A stretch of DNA of 64,000 bases, from IMG/VR virus record IMGVR_UViG_3300032246_001270. One strand, written 5' to 3'. How positions within the stretch are numbered: the stretch's first letter is position 1; each line of letters opens with the position of its first letter. This stretch comes from a virus. The notes beneath the pieces were generated by a model. It did no database searches. It saw nothing but the letters and a program-made list of their open reading frames with translations, and was not told where the DNA came from. Of this stretch, positions 1 to 10,596 are shown one piece after another. The translations under genes and the position numbers were made by a program.

Positions 1-417
1 TAATCTTTCTTTTATTTTATATAAACTTTTGTTAGTTCTTTTATAGTAATCTTCTTTCTTAAGTCCGTTTTCAGTCTTTAATTTAGAATACCAATTAACA
101 AATTTTTCAACTTCGGTTAATTGATTATGAATACTTGTAATACCTCTACTTATTTTAGCTTTTGGAGAACCATCTTCTTTTTTAAGTGCTAACCAACGAT
201 TTTCTTTTAAAGTCTTTTCTTCATCATCTTTAGCTAATACCATACCACTAACATCAGCTAATGCACCATCATCTTTTGTATCAGCTGCAGTTGGTTTCAT
301 TTCTAAAGGTTTTTTAGAATTTGCAGGAACATCGTTTTTTAACCAATCTTTTGCTTCTTCTAATTGAATTTCTTTAATTATTTCTCTAATAGTATTTTTC
401 AACTTAATATTATCCAT
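1..417 (-). CDS. Hypothetical protein, truncated by the window edge (head-module neighbour)
   Basis: Not in the ORF track. ATG at 417 overlaps the stop of 410..1285; reads MDNIKLKNTIREIIKEIQLEEAKDW... and stays open to position 1. Confidence 0.75.
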   Translation of the reverse strand, partial: MDNIKLKNTIREIIKEIQLEEAKDWLKNDVPANSKKPLEMKPTAADTKDDGALADVSGMVLAKDDEEKTLKENRWLALKKEDGSPKAKISRGITSIHNQLTEVEKFVNWYSKLKTENGLKKEDYYKRTNKSLYKIKERL

Positions 418-1285
418 TTACCTTTGATTTTAATTCTTTGATTAGTTCATAAGAAAGCATTATAGATGAAACTTGATTATCAGTTACAGTTTTGCCAAAT
501 TTCATTTTATCTAAAATAGAAATAGTTTCAGATAATTTTATTGTAGTAACTTTATCTTTAATTTTTAATTTTATTTCTTTTAAATTACTAATAATTTTAG
601 GTAATTCAATTGAAACATATTCTTTAAATTTAGTTGTATTTGACATATTGTTAATATATTCTTTTAACAATCCTTTTTGGTTGTCATCTAAATTTGTATA
701 TTTTTTATTGAAAGTTTCAACAAGAATCTTATAGGTTAATAATCTTAGGTCTTTATCTTGCTGTTTGTATGATTCTATTAATTTAGAATCTTCTGAGTTG
801 TTAGTTTTTGCTAAAGTAGGTCTTGATATAATGTTTTCAATTAGGGTTATTTTAGAATTAAATACATCCTTAATATCATAGTTTTCAGATTTTTTAGATT
901 CAAATACTTTATATATTGATGCTAATACCTTATAGTTAGTTATTGGAGAAGAAAGAAAATTTTCTAAATCAAATTTAGAATTTATCTCTTTAATAAGATT
1001 ATATTTTTCTTTTGTTAATTTAGTTTCATTTAACTTTGTATGAGCTTGAGATACAGTATCTACAAACATTTCGGCTTTTGATTCCGAATTGTATTTCTCT
1101 TTTAATAGTAAATCATAAAGACGTAATTCTTTATTTAATTCAGTACCTGCAGCAAAGAACTCTTTTACTATATGTTTTGCATTTTCAGTCTTATCTCCAT
1201 TAAGTACCTCTAATGTTATTTGTCTTACTAAAAGCTCAAATAACACTCCAGTATTCTTAACTTTGGAATGTTTTATTTTTTTCAT
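410..1285 (-). CDS. Hypothetical helical protein downstream of portal (possible prohead core/scaffold-associated)
   Basis: 291-aa Lys/Glu/Leu-rich ORF with its own late-type motif at 1327-1334; function inferred from position only. Confidence 0.6.
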   Translation of the reverse strand: MKKIKHSKVKNTGVLFELLVRQITLEVLNGDKTENAKHIVKEFFAAGTELNKELRLYDLLLKEKYNSESKAEMFVDTVSQAHTKLNETKLTKEKYNLIKEINSKFDLENFLSSPITNYKVLASIYKVFESKKSENYDIKDVFNSKITLIENIISRPTLAKTNNSEDSKLIESYKQQDKDLRLLTYKILVETFNKKYTNLDDNQKGLLKEYINNMSNTTKFKEYVSIELPKIISNLKEIKLKIKDKVTTIKLSETISILDKMKFGKTVTDNQVSSIMLSYELIKELKSKVNG

Positions 1286-1352
1286 TTATTTACCCTATAT
1301 TTAACCTACATCTATAAACTAACACATATAAATATAAACTTTTTAATGTTTA

Positions 1353-3134
1353 TTAAAATTTGGTGTCATCTAACAGGTTATTTTCATCTAAAAGGTCAGT
1401 TTTTTTTGTTTTTTCACTTAAAATCTTCTTTTTTGATGAAATCCCATTAATATATTCTTGTGCTAATTTTCTTTTTGATTCGTTTGTACGAGTTTCCCTT
1501 TTCCTCTCACCTTCATTTTCTTTATTCCCCAATGGGTCTCTACCTAACGGATGTTTATCTTTTCCGTATGTGTTTCCTTCTCTTGGTCTACCACCTTTAT
1601 CATTATCATTTATCTCCTGCTTCATTTTTTCAATCTCCTCCTCAACATTAGTTTGTTGTGGTGGATTTGCCGGGTCTTGTCCTTGCTGTTCTATTGAGTT
1701 ATAACGGAATCTATCTTTAAGGTCTAATACCATCTTAGCTCTTTCAGTATCCATTTCCTCCTCACTCATACCAAACACATTATGAAATACCCAATCACTA
1801 GATAACATATTTAATTGTTTTAAATCGCCGGCCAATCTTGTCTTTTCACTCCATAGATTTACTTTCTCTTGCTCATATATTGTAGAAGCGTTAGTTAAAG
1901 TAAGTTGAAAATTTGTCATTTCAGAATCATCTATTCCATGAGCTGCCAAATGAACAATAGCTATTTTATATAATTCACTAACAACTGTTCTTTGAATTCT
2001 TTCAATAGTTCTAGCAAAACGAACATCCTGTGCTGCAAGTGTTGCTTTACCACTTACATCTTCTTCATATCCTAAAAACGCTTTTGGAATTTTTAAAGCT
2101 GCAAATAATTTAGCTTTTAAATAATCAATATCTTCTATTGCTGCATATTCCAATCCTGCTAAATTTTCAATTGATGTACCACTATCTCCACCTCTAACAG
2201 GTAAAAAGAAATCTTCAGTAAGGTTTTGAATATTATATTTTAAATTATAATCTCCAGTATCTTTATTAACAAATGGAGTTTTTTTCATTTTGTTAATAAT
2301 TTTTTGCATATAGTTATCAACTTCTTGAGGGTTGATATTACCAATATCTATTTTGAATACTCTTTTTTCAGGTGCTCTCATAATACGATGAATTAACATC
2401 GCATCTTCCATCAATTGTAATTGTTTCCAAACTCTACGCCCACCTTCAATCATTGCTTTACCATACGGAAGGAAGTTAGTATCTGATAATAAACGGAAGT
2501 GAGCCATTTCATAGTTCTCATATTCTTTTTTACCAAATCTATCTAATTCAACTTTAAACTTAACATAATTTTGATTATTAGGGTCAGTACCTTCTAACCT
2601 TTCTGTGTTATATACAGAATATGGTATTACATTTATAATACCTTTGCCCTCTGCTATTTCTAATGCTAAAAAGAAATCTCCATATTTAACTAAATTTCTA
2701 ACCCAAGGCCATAAATTAAATTCTACATTTATTATATCGTAAAAAAGATTATGAAGTAATGAACTTACATTTTCATTTGTTGATTTAATTGTAAGAATAT
2801 CACCATATTCATTTTTAGTTGTAGATTCATCCGAATATATATCTAATGCAGATGCTATAATTGGGTCATTATCCATAGCATCGTAATCTCTAAATAACTC
2901 TCTACGAACCTGATGGTATGCCATAGATTGTGCACCCTGATTGGTTTCGTAATAAGACCTTTGTAACTTTGTATATCTATCTCTTAGATTTACAAAATTT
3001 GTATTCATTTGTCTATCATCTGTATCTACAACCTTACGCTTACCATCTTTATCAACGGTTACGATTGCGCTGGTTGAGAACAATTTCTTTAATCTACCAA
3101 AAAAACTTCTACCTTCCATTTCTTGCTCTGCCAT
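1353..3134 (-). CDS. Portal protein, T4 gp20-like
   Basis: Motifs MDNDPIIASALDIYSDE, KQLQLMEDAMLIHRIMRAPEKRVFKIDIGN, EDFFLPVRGGDSGTSIENLAG and KLFAALKIP; adjacent to the terminase. Confidence 0.93.
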   Translation of the reverse strand: MAEQEMEGRSFFGRLKKLFSTSAIVTVDKDGKRKVVDTDDRQMNTNFVNLRDRYTKLQRSYYETNQGAQSMAYHQVRRELFRDYDAMDNDPIIASALDIYSDESTTKNEYGDILTIKSTNENVSSLLHNLFYDIINVEFNLWPWVRNLVKYGDFFLALEIAEGKGIINVIPYSVYNTERLEGTDPNNQNYVKFKVELDRFGKKEYENYEMAHFRLLSDTNFLPYGKAMIEGGRRVWKQLQLMEDAMLIHRIMRAPEKRVFKIDIGNINPQEVDNYMQKIINKMKKTPFVNKDTGDYNLKYNIQNLTEDFFLPVRGGDSGTSIENLAGLEYAAIEDIDYLKAKLFAALKIPKAFLGYEEDVSGKATLAAQDVRFARTIERIQRTVVSELYKIAIVHLAAHGIDDSEMTNFQLTLTNASTIYEQEKVNLWSEKTRLAGDLKQLNMLSSDWVFHNVFGMSEEEMDTERAKMVLDLKDRFRYNSIEQQGQDPANPPQQTNVEEEIEKMKQEINDNDKGGRPREGNTYGKDKHPLGRDPLGNKENEGERKRETRTNESKRKLAQEYINGISSKKKILSEKTKKTDLLDENNLLDDTKF

Positions 3135-3205
3135 AATTTATTATTAATTTCTAAAAAATTCTATTTTGACATTATATAACATAAATATCGTAAAATATCA
3201 AAACC

Positions 3206-4801
3206 CTATAACCATTGAGATAAATCTTCAAATCCATCACCAACTCTCATTTTCCAAGGATTATCATCCATTGAATTATTACCTCCATAAATTCCCTGAT
3301 TTGCATTTGATGATATACCACTAACAGCTTGCTTTGTTAAATCAATACCCTGCTGTCTTAAACGAAGTGCAGTATCTCTAACCCATAATCCAATTGAAAA
3401 TGCCATTACCAAGTCATCATTATAACCTTTCATAGCTTCAGCTCTACCATTCATATAAATAAATGTAAATAGCTCATCTATTAAACGTGATGACCTAACT
3501 ATAATTCCTTTTTCTCTAAAGTAATCAGTTAATTTAGATATAATTAAAGGTCTAGTTTTAGAAGTAGTTGAGAAACCAGCTACTAATCCCTTTTCTTCTG
3601 CTCTATATCTATTTGTCATTTGATGCTCAATATCAATATATTTTAAATCCTTACTCATATAAAATAAGTTTTTATATCCTCTATCAATTACTTGCTGAAT
3701 TGTAGCCCAACCAATGTTTGCGTTCTCTATGACAAGTAAAGCATCATTATATTCAGTTGAAAGTGATACTAAGAAGTTTCCAAAATCTTTTGTATCTACT
3801 TTACCTTTATATTCTGCTACTTGAACCGAATTAACTATATCAATTACATGACATGTGGAATAATCGGCTCCATCACCTCTAGCCACATCGGCTACTACCA
3901 TATAAGATTTTGAATAATCAGGATATTCCCATTTCCAAAGATTTCCATCAAATCCACCTTTTTCAATTGGGTCTTGTATATAGGTTTCTTTATAGAACAT
4001 TAGGGTTTCGGGTTCAATTACTGTTTCACCAGAAGATACAAAGTCACAATCACACTCCTGTGCTGCTTTCTTAGGTCCTAATAATTTCTCTTGTTCATCT
4101 CTCCATTTTTGGTCTCTTTCAGGGTGTACAGTCCAATGTAATCTGATTGTATTGAATGGATTTCTACTTTCTTCTGCTCCTAACCAAGTTTGATGAAACC
4201 AATTACCAACACCATTAGGAGTAGAAAGGGCAATACAACTACCACCCGTTGAAAGGGTAGACTGAGCTGATACCCAAATCTCATCAATATCATCAATAAA
4301 AGCAGCCTCATCAAATATTAGAAGTGATAAGGCTTCCGAACGTCCTGCATCAGGAGAACTAGCAATAGCCTTAATTTGAGAACCATTTTGTAAACGAAGG
4401 GAAAGCTTGTTATCTTCCATTGAACCTCCCTTAAGCCATGTTGGAAGCAAATCATGCATTACTCTAACTTTTGTTACTAAGTTCTTTGCAACCTCTTGCT
4501 TTGTTGCAATTACTAACACATTAAAATCAGAATTAAATATCATTTTCCAAAGTGAGAATCCAGCACAAAGTGTTGAAATGCCAGTTTGACGTGATTTTAA
4601 AACTACATTAAATCTATTATCTTTAAATTGTGTTAAGGTCTTTTCTTGAAATGGAAATAGTTGAAAAGGTATCTTACCTCTAACAGGGTGTTGAATCATA
4701 CAATATTTCTTCATAAAATGTATCGGGTCTACCGCACATTTTTTGTATTCTTCTGCAATTATTTCTTTTAAAGATTTTTTTTGTATTATACCTGTACTCA
4801 T
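3206..4801 (-). CDS. terL: Terminase large subunit, T4 gp17-like
   Basis: Q motif FQLFPFQ, Walker A KSRQTGIST, Walker B LLIFDEAAF, coupling motif STPNG, nuclease motifs ADVARGDGADYS and NDDLVMA. Confidence 0.95.
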   Translation of the reverse strand: MSTGIIQKKSLKEIIAEEYKKCAVDPIHFMKKYCMIQHPVRGKIPFQLFPFQEKTLTQFKDNRFNVVLKSRQTGISTLCAGFSLWKMIFNSDFNVLVIATKQEVAKNLVTKVRVMHDLLPTWLKGGSMEDNKLSLRLQNGSQIKAIASSPDAGRSEALSLLIFDEAAFIDDIDEIWVSAQSTLSTGGSCIALSTPNGVGNWFHQTWLGAEESRNPFNTIRLHWTVHPERDQKWRDEQEKLLGPKKAAQECDCDFVSSGETVIEPETLMFYKETYIQDPIEKGGFDGNLWKWEYPDYSKSYMVVADVARGDGADYSTCHVIDIVNSVQVAEYKGKVDTKDFGNFLVSLSTEYNDALLVIENANIGWATIQQVIDRGYKNLFYMSKDLKYIDIEHQMTNRYRAEEKGLVAGFSTTSKTRPLIISKLTDYFREKGIIVRSSRLIDELFTFIYMNGRAEAMKGYNDDLVMAFSIGLWVRDTALRLRQQGIDLTKQAVSGISSNANQGIYGGNNSMDDNPWKMRVGDGFEDLSQWL

Positions 4802-4802
4802 A

Positions 4803-5486
4803 TTACCCTTTAAGTTCTCTTACTAAATCGTAATTTTTATATTTTAATTTTTCGTAAGCTTCATCTCTTAATTTTGTAACTTCTTCAATTTCTTTTTCAA
4901 AATTAATAATATTAGACATTATTTCTGCTTTTAATTCATTAACATCTCTTTCCATAGCCCACTTTTCAATCTTACCATCTTCACCTACAACTTCATAATC
5001 TTGTCTAGCATCATTATATGCTTGTTGAAATTGAGCTATTACATCTTTACCATGTGCAATCATATTAGAACATATTTTATAATCTTCATAGGCTTCCCAT
5101 AAACCATCTTGTCTAATTTCAAATTCTTTTTTAGTAAGGCAATGTAAACAATATCCAGTTTTAGATATTACTTTTTTATCAATTCTATTAATTTTAATTG
5201 TTTGACAATTTTCAGATTTACAAGTATTTAACTTATCTAAATAAGCCCTAACATCAGCCATTGTATCTGTTAATTCAGATGTTTGTATTTTTCCGGCTTC
5301 CATCTGCTCCCAATGTTTTCCATTAGAATCTATCCATTTTTCCCCAACGCTTCTTTTTATTATTTTTTTGTCAATACCAGAGAATGAAATTTGAGTTTCT
5401 TTTTGATATTCACCACCAGTTAAAACCATATCTACCAACTTTCTACGAGTTGGGTGCATAAACTTTTTATTGAATTCCTTTGCCAT
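4803..5486 (-). CDS. Hypothetical protein with Cys cluster (CxxxxC...CxxC), co-transcribed upstream of terL
   Basis: 227-aa ORF ending 1 nt before terL; late motif at 5510-5517. Confidence 0.6.
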   Translation of the reverse strand: MAKEFNKKFMHPTRRKLVDMVLTGGEYQKETQISFSGIDKKIIKRSVGEKWIDSNGKHWEQMEAGKIQTSELTDTMADVRAYLDKLNTCKSENCQTIKINRIDKKVISKTGYCLHCLTKKEFEIRQDGLWEAYEDYKICSNMIAHGKDVIAQFQQAYNDARQDYEVVGEDGKIEKWAMERDVNELKAEIMSNIINFEKEIEEVTKLRDEAYEKLKYKNYDLVRELKG

Positions 5487-5537
5487 ATTATATACGATAT
5501 ATTTGTATATATAAGTATATCAAAATAAAGAAAACGA

Positions 5538-8500
5538 TTATTTATCGAAGAAAATTCCTAAAATTTGATTTAGGGGTGCGAATGCACCTGTTAATTTGTA
5601 AGTATTACCACTATATACAAATACAATACCCTCATTTGGTACAATTTTATCAAACCCACCCAAAGCTTTAAGCCTCTCTAACTCTAATTTTAATTTTGCA
5701 ATCTTCTTAGGGTCACCACTTGCTTTTACCTGTGATATTGTTGATTCCAAACGAGCTACCATTTGTTTTCTAGCAGAAGATGGATTTGCTGTAAGTACTG
5801 ATTCGGTAAATGCTAATACATCTGCACCAACTCCTAAAAATATCTCCTCAAATTTCATAAGATTATCTTTAGATATTTTTTGTTGGTCTTTTTTATCAGT
5901 TTGCTCAGCCCATCCTCTTATTTTATCATCTTGTATTTCTGCTATACGGAAACTCTTGTCACCAAAAGCCCATCTTTTAATTAATCCTATTTTTTGTTGT
6001 GCATCTAATTTCTTTGCACCTTTATTTACAAAATTAGACCACCATGCTTGGTGATAATCAGCCACACCATCACTATCAGAAAGATTAAATTCTTTTTGAA
6101 GTTTATTAATCATTGAAATATACTTTCCTTGCTTTTTAGAAAGGTCTTCTGATTTAGGAAGTGATTGCATTGGAGGTCCCTGAATTGTGTATTGGGATTG
6201 AACATGCTGATTTACTTGCTTAATCATTCCTGCTAATATTTTAGCTGCTTGTTGATTTTCTCCAACAATTGTACCATCAGTATCATATTCAAATGTACCA
6301 TGAAATACCAATAGTGGTTGATTATATGGAATTACATTTACCGATGTCGGATATATTACTTCTAAATTCATAAAGCAAGAACCATCTTTGAATATCTTTT
6401 TTCTTTGTTCTTCACTTAATGCCGCAATAGCTGCTGAAAGGTCTTTCATTGCGTAGTTGTATGCATCTGTAAGTCCACCTCTACCAGCAAACTTATCCGC
6501 CACCTGTCCTATTGTCATAGCACCCTCACCTTTATTCTTTAAATGTGATTTGTTACGAGCTGCAACTAATCTACCATTTACCCAACTAACTGCTAATGCT
6601 TGACCATCAGTCTTCTCTCTTGCTAATTCTAAATCACCATTTAATGCTCTTACTACAATTTGTTTTAAATCACCAAAAGTAAGATTCATTTCAATATCAA
6701 ATGGATGATTCATATGTCCATACGCTCCACCTTCGTTAATATTTTCTTTTTGTAATTTTTGAATTTCTTTATTTAATTTATCAATTTCTGCTCTAACTTT
6801 CATTTGTGCCGGTGATTGTGGCATCATTTTTAAAGCTTTAATGAATAAAACCATTCTTTGCTTTTCCAAATCTTTTAAAGAACTTTCATTAACTGGATTT
6901 CTTAATTTTACACTTTTAGCAATATGTCTTTCCTCATCTTTAATAGTATCACCATCTATATCAATAGTTGGGTCCATATTAATTCTTTCATCTTTGCCAG
7001 GTTGATTATCATATTGATTAGGATATGCATCAGTTGTACCAGCCGTACTCTTACCATCGCCCTTTATAAAATCAGATGGTAATTTATATCCGTATTTTAA
7101 CGTACGATTATATTTGTGTACACTATCATCATGATTATCTATTGGAAGTTTTGATTGATTTTTTAATCTTTTTAATTCATGCTCTGATGGTATTTTATGA
7201 TAAGTTCCCCATCCAGGTAAATCTTTTGTATAATATCCTGCTATATCATAGTCCTCCCATCCTTTATTCCAAGCATATCCAGTTGTTGAATTACCATCAT
7301 TACCCATATCATTACCACTATATTCTAATAAACTTTCGTTTTTAATTTTTGATAACTTTTCGTAGTAATGTAAATCTTCCCATAAATGGTCCATAGCTAT
7401 TTCAGCTGCAATACTAACATCCGTTGTGTGTTCCATTTCAACTTTAATACCAGCCACCAATCTAGGTTTAATATATTCTTTTGCAAATTGTTTTGGGTCA
7501 TAATATTCTTTAACATCCCACTTCTTAGCTAAATCAATTAAAGTTTTACCTTTTGCTAACCCACCAGGTATTCTATCTTTCTGTACTGCTATCTCATCAA
7601 CTTGCTCATATCCACTCATTCCTTTGTTGTTAAGTTTTTTACTATTTTTTTTAACATCTTTAGAATCAGGTGCTCCATTAATATATCCACCCGGTAAACT
7701 TAAACCTATACCAGCTCCTCCGGGAAATCCCATTTCATCTAATAGTTCATCAAAATCAGAAACTATTTCTTTAATATCTTCTTTTGAAATTATTGTATCG
7801 TTTTCTTTATCAGATAATTCCCAAAATCTTTTAGCTTTTTTAATTGGTTTTTTTTCTTTAATCTCTTGCCAATCTTCCGTAGTATGTGGGTCTTTAGCAG
7901 GGTCTAAATTTGTATTAGCTACATTAGATACATTATATGTAGCTTGACGTAGCATCATTCCCTTTTCGTTATCTTTTTTATTTTTACCTTGAACCCAATC
8001 TGCTTTTGGAATATGTAATTGTGTATATCCACCATTTTTAAACCAAAATTCAGGTTTATGTTTATTTAATATTCTTTTATCACCTGCATTTAAATGTGAA
8101 GTTGATGGTTCTCCAGCTTCTCCATCAAACCCACCCAAAGCAGTTTCCTTTAAATTTTCTTTTTTAGGTATTCTAAATGTTACAGCTTTTTTACCATTAA
8201 TTGTTGGCATTCCCCATTCATCCTCACCAATTGATTTAACAACTACTTTTTTGTTTTTAAATTTTCCCATCAACAAAGTATCACCAACTTTTACGTTTAA
8301 TTTAATTTCTTCGTTAATACATTCTTTTAATCCCTTTAATTTAAGAGTAATTAATTTGAATATTTGAGAGTCAAACTTTGGATATGCTTTTGTAAAATTT
8401 TTCTTTCTATCAGCTTCACTACCAGCACTTAACCAATAACGAACATCAGTACCACTAATAGGATTTGATTGTGCCGGCGAAGCGTAAACATACCCTTTAT

Positions 8501-8924
8501 CTAAATACCCCTGCTCTACTTTACCTTTATATGGTGTAAAGTACTTACCACTTAATCTATTTTGGTCCTTCTCACCAACCACAACTATTAAACCAGTTGT
8601 GTTGGAATCATATTTTTTAAGTATTTCCTCAGGAGCATATGGATTTTTGATATTAACAATTTTAGATGATGGTATTCCAAACATCTGCATCATTATTGCT
8701 TTTTTTTCCTTAAAATTAAATGGAGATTTTTTTGAATCGGTAACATTAGAAGTTCCGATATAAACACTATCCTTACCGAATTTGCGTACTAAATTATCAT
8801 AAGTTGCAAAGTGGCCCTTATGAAAAGGTTGAAAGCGGCCTGAATAAACAACTATCACATTGTCTATCGAAGCCGCTTTCTCCAATAATATTGATTCCAC
8901 TAAAAATTTTGTCAATCCTTTCAT
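5538..8924 (-). CDS. Multidomain protein: N-terminal HIGH-family nucleotidyltransferase, central small domains, C-terminal RNA-ligase-like nucleotidyltransferase
   Basis: YSGRFQPFHKGH and ISGTDVR (HIGH/SxT motifs); central GIKVEMEHT...IAMDHLWEDLHYYEKL; C-terminal EKTDG, NLEVI, LVFH, EGIVF and YKL matching ligase motifs I, III, IIIa, IV and V. Confidence 0.75.
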   Translation of the reverse strand: MKGLTKFLVESILLEKAASIDNVIVVYSGRFQPFHKGHFATYDNLVRKFGKDSVYIGTSNVTDSKKSPFNFKEKKAIMMQMFGIPSSKIVNIKNPYAPEEILKKYDSNTTGLIVVVGEKDQNRLSGKYFTPYKGKVEQGYLDKGYVYASPAQSNPISGTDVRYWLSAGSEADRKKNFTKAYPKFDSQIFKLITLKLKGLKECINEEIKLNVKVGDTLLMGKFKNKKVVVKSIGEDEWGMPTINGKKAVTFRIPKKENLKETALGGFDGEAGEPSTSHLNAGDKRILNKHKPEFWFKNGGYTQLHIPKADWVQGKNKKDNEKGMMLRQATYNVSNVANTNLDPAKDPHTTEDWQEIKEKKPIKKAKRFWELSDKENDTIISKEDIKEIVSDFDELLDEMGFPGGAGIGLSLPGGYINGAPDSKDVKKNSKKLNNKGMSGYEQVDEIAVQKDRIPGGLAKGKTLIDLAKKWDVKEYYDPKQFAKEYIKPRLVAGIKVEMEHTTDVSIAAEIAMDHLWEDLHYYEKLSKIKNESLLEYSGNDMGNDGNSTTGYAWNKGWEDYDIAGYYTKDLPGWGTYHKIPSEHELKRLKNQSKLPIDNHDDSVHKYNRTLKYGYKLPSDFIKGDGKSTAGTTDAYPNQYDNQPGKDERINMDPTIDIDGDTIKDEERHIAKSVKLRNPVNESSLKDLEKQRMVLFIKALKMMPQSPAQMKVRAEIDKLNKEIQKLQKENINEGGAYGHMNHPFDIEMNLTFGDLKQIVVRALNGDLELAREKTDGQALAVSWVNGRLVAARNKSHLKNKGEGAMTIGQVADKFAGRGGLTDAYNYAMKDLSAAIAALSEEQRKKIFKDGSCFMNLEVIYPTSVNVIPYNQPLLVFHGTFEYDTDGTIVGENQQAAKILAGMIKQVNQHVQSQYTIQGPPMQSLPKSEDLSKKQGKYISMINKLQKEFNLSDSDGVADYHQAWWSNFVNKGAKKLDAQQKIGLIKRWAFGDKSFRIAEIQDDKIRGWAEQTDKKDQQKISKDNLMKFEEIFLGVGADVLAFTESVLTANPSSARKQMVARLESTISQVKASGDPKKIAKLKLELERLKALGGFDKIVPNEGIVFVYSGNTYKLTGAFAPLNQILGIFFDK

Positions 8925-8955
8925 TATATAGTTCTTACTATATAAATATTCGATA

Positions 8956-9384
8956 TTATTCTTTTACAACTTTCATTCCAGAACCCATTTGATTTGAGTT
9001 ACCTGTTTTTGAAGCCGCTTGCATTGTTTGTTGTTGTTGTTGCTCCTGCATTTGTCTTCTAGTAGGTGCACCTGGTTGATATTGAATAGTACCATCTTGA
9101 ATGTTGATTCTACCTTGAGGATATTTTTCATCCAATCCTTCAACTACTTCTTTTAATTGAAATTGAATAGATTTAAAATCATCTTCAGCTTTTTCTAAAA
9201 TTTCATCCAAACGCATTAACTCATCTTGAATTTCTCTTTTTCTGATGTAAATACTACCAAAATCATTAACTAATAAATTAGATTTTGATTGATAATCATT
9301 AATTGTTTCAATGATATCATCATCTATTTTTACTGTTACAACTTCAATTTGTTGTTTTTGCGGAACTTTGTCTAACTCTGCCAT
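8956..9384 (-). CDS. Coiled-coil hypothetical protein, paralogue of 12799..13086
   Basis: Shares FG.I..R and KYPQGRINIQDGT / KYPKGEIDLNEGT with 12799..13086. Confidence 0.65.
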   Translation of the reverse strand: MAELDKVPQKQQIEVVTVKIDDDIIETINDYQSKSNLLVNDFGSIYIRKREIQDELMRLDEILEKAEDDFKSIQFQLKEVVEGLDEKYPQGRINIQDGTIQYQPGAPTRRQMQEQQQQQTMQAASKTGNSNQMGSGMKVVKE

Positions 9385-9438
9385 AAATTATTATTTTAAT
9401 TGTTTGTTTATATATATAAGTATATTGTTTTTTTATTT

Positions 9439-10596
9439 TTATAAGAATTTTTCTAACTCTTTTATAACCTCTTTGGATGATATTGATTTTGTACATTCAA
9501 ATTGTCTATCAGTTCCTTTATGGTCCGGACACCAATTCCAATCACCAGCATCCAATTTTAATCTATTAAAACAACCTTCACATTTTCCTTTTGGTGCTGT
9601 AATTCTTATACAATCTTTCATTTCTGCCCAATCGTATGAGAATCCACTAATTAAAACAGTTGGAACTTTTAAAGACCAACTTAACCAACTTAATCCACTA
9701 CCAATACCAATGAATGCTTTTGATTTTAACATTTCATCCATAACTCCTTCAATAGTTCCGTTTGGATGCTTTATAATACCTTTTGGTAATTTATTACCCA
9801 TATAATCATCACCTTCTTTTGATAATAATTTAACTGTATATCCTTTATTATTTAACCAATCAACTACATCCTGCCATCCAGTTGGATTATTCCAAAATTT
9901 AGATTGTGCAGTTCCAAATACAGCTATACAAACTTGTTTATTTTTTAAATCTATTTTTGGATTTCTTTTTTTAATTAAAGGTCTAATTTCTTCATAATTC
10001 AATCCTAAAATATCAGAACACATTTTTTGAAGTGTAACTGTTTTTGGGTCTATTGGATTTTTAAATAAATTAACAGTACTATCATCATTATAAAATAAAC
10101 CAATTGAATACATAGAGTATATATTATCTACACTTATACCAGGTGTAACAAATTCTATGTTTGGATACTGATTTTTAAACATATCATTCATAAATGTAGA
10201 TACTATCAATTTACAATTATGCTTTTTTCTAAATTCTTCAAAGTAAGGAAACCAAGCTAAAGAATCACCTAAAGCTCTTGAATCCATTGCTATATAAACT
10301 CTTTTGTTATTTGCATCATATAAATGTTGGCTCCATAATTTACCATCTTCATATATATTAATTTTCCACTCAACAAAATATTCTATACTACATTTACACC
10401 AACAATTATTTCCTATATTGCTTGAATAAATAATTTTTTCAGTTTTATTATCAATAAAATCAACTTTATAATTTCCTTGTTTACTTCCTTTTATTTCAAC
10501 AAAAGGTCCTCTAACAAAATGAATTATTGCTTTATTAGTAACCTCAACTATATTATTTTCATTCTTTTTTAAATTATCGTAAATCATTAACTCCAA
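9439..10596 (-). CDS. TibC/Aah-like (autotransporter O-heptosyltransferase family) GT-B glycosyltransferase
   Basis: LGDSLAWFPY, FIGIGSGLSWLSW, PTVLISGFS, and the four-Cys iron-finger pattern CEGCFN...WCPDH...QFECTKSI. Confidence 0.8.
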   Translation of the reverse strand: MELMIYDNLKKNENNIVEVTNKAIIHFVRGPFVEIKGSKQGNYKVDFIDNKTEKIIYSSNIGNNCWCKCSIEYFVEWKINIYEDGKLWSQHLYDANNKRVYIAMDSRALGDSLAWFPYFEEFRKKHNCKLIVSTFMNDMFKNQYPNIEFVTPGISVDNIYSMYSIGLFYNDDSTVNLFKNPIDPKTVTLQKMCSDILGLNYEEIRPLIKKRNPKIDLKNKQVCIAVFGTAQSKFWNNPTGWQDVVDWLNNKGYTVKLLSKEGDDYMGNKLPKGIIKHPNGTIEGVMDEMLKSKAFIGIGSGLSWLSWSLKVPTVLISGFSYDWAEMKDCIRITAPKGKCEGCFNRLKLDAGDWNWCPDHKGTDRQFECTKSISSKEVIKELEKFL

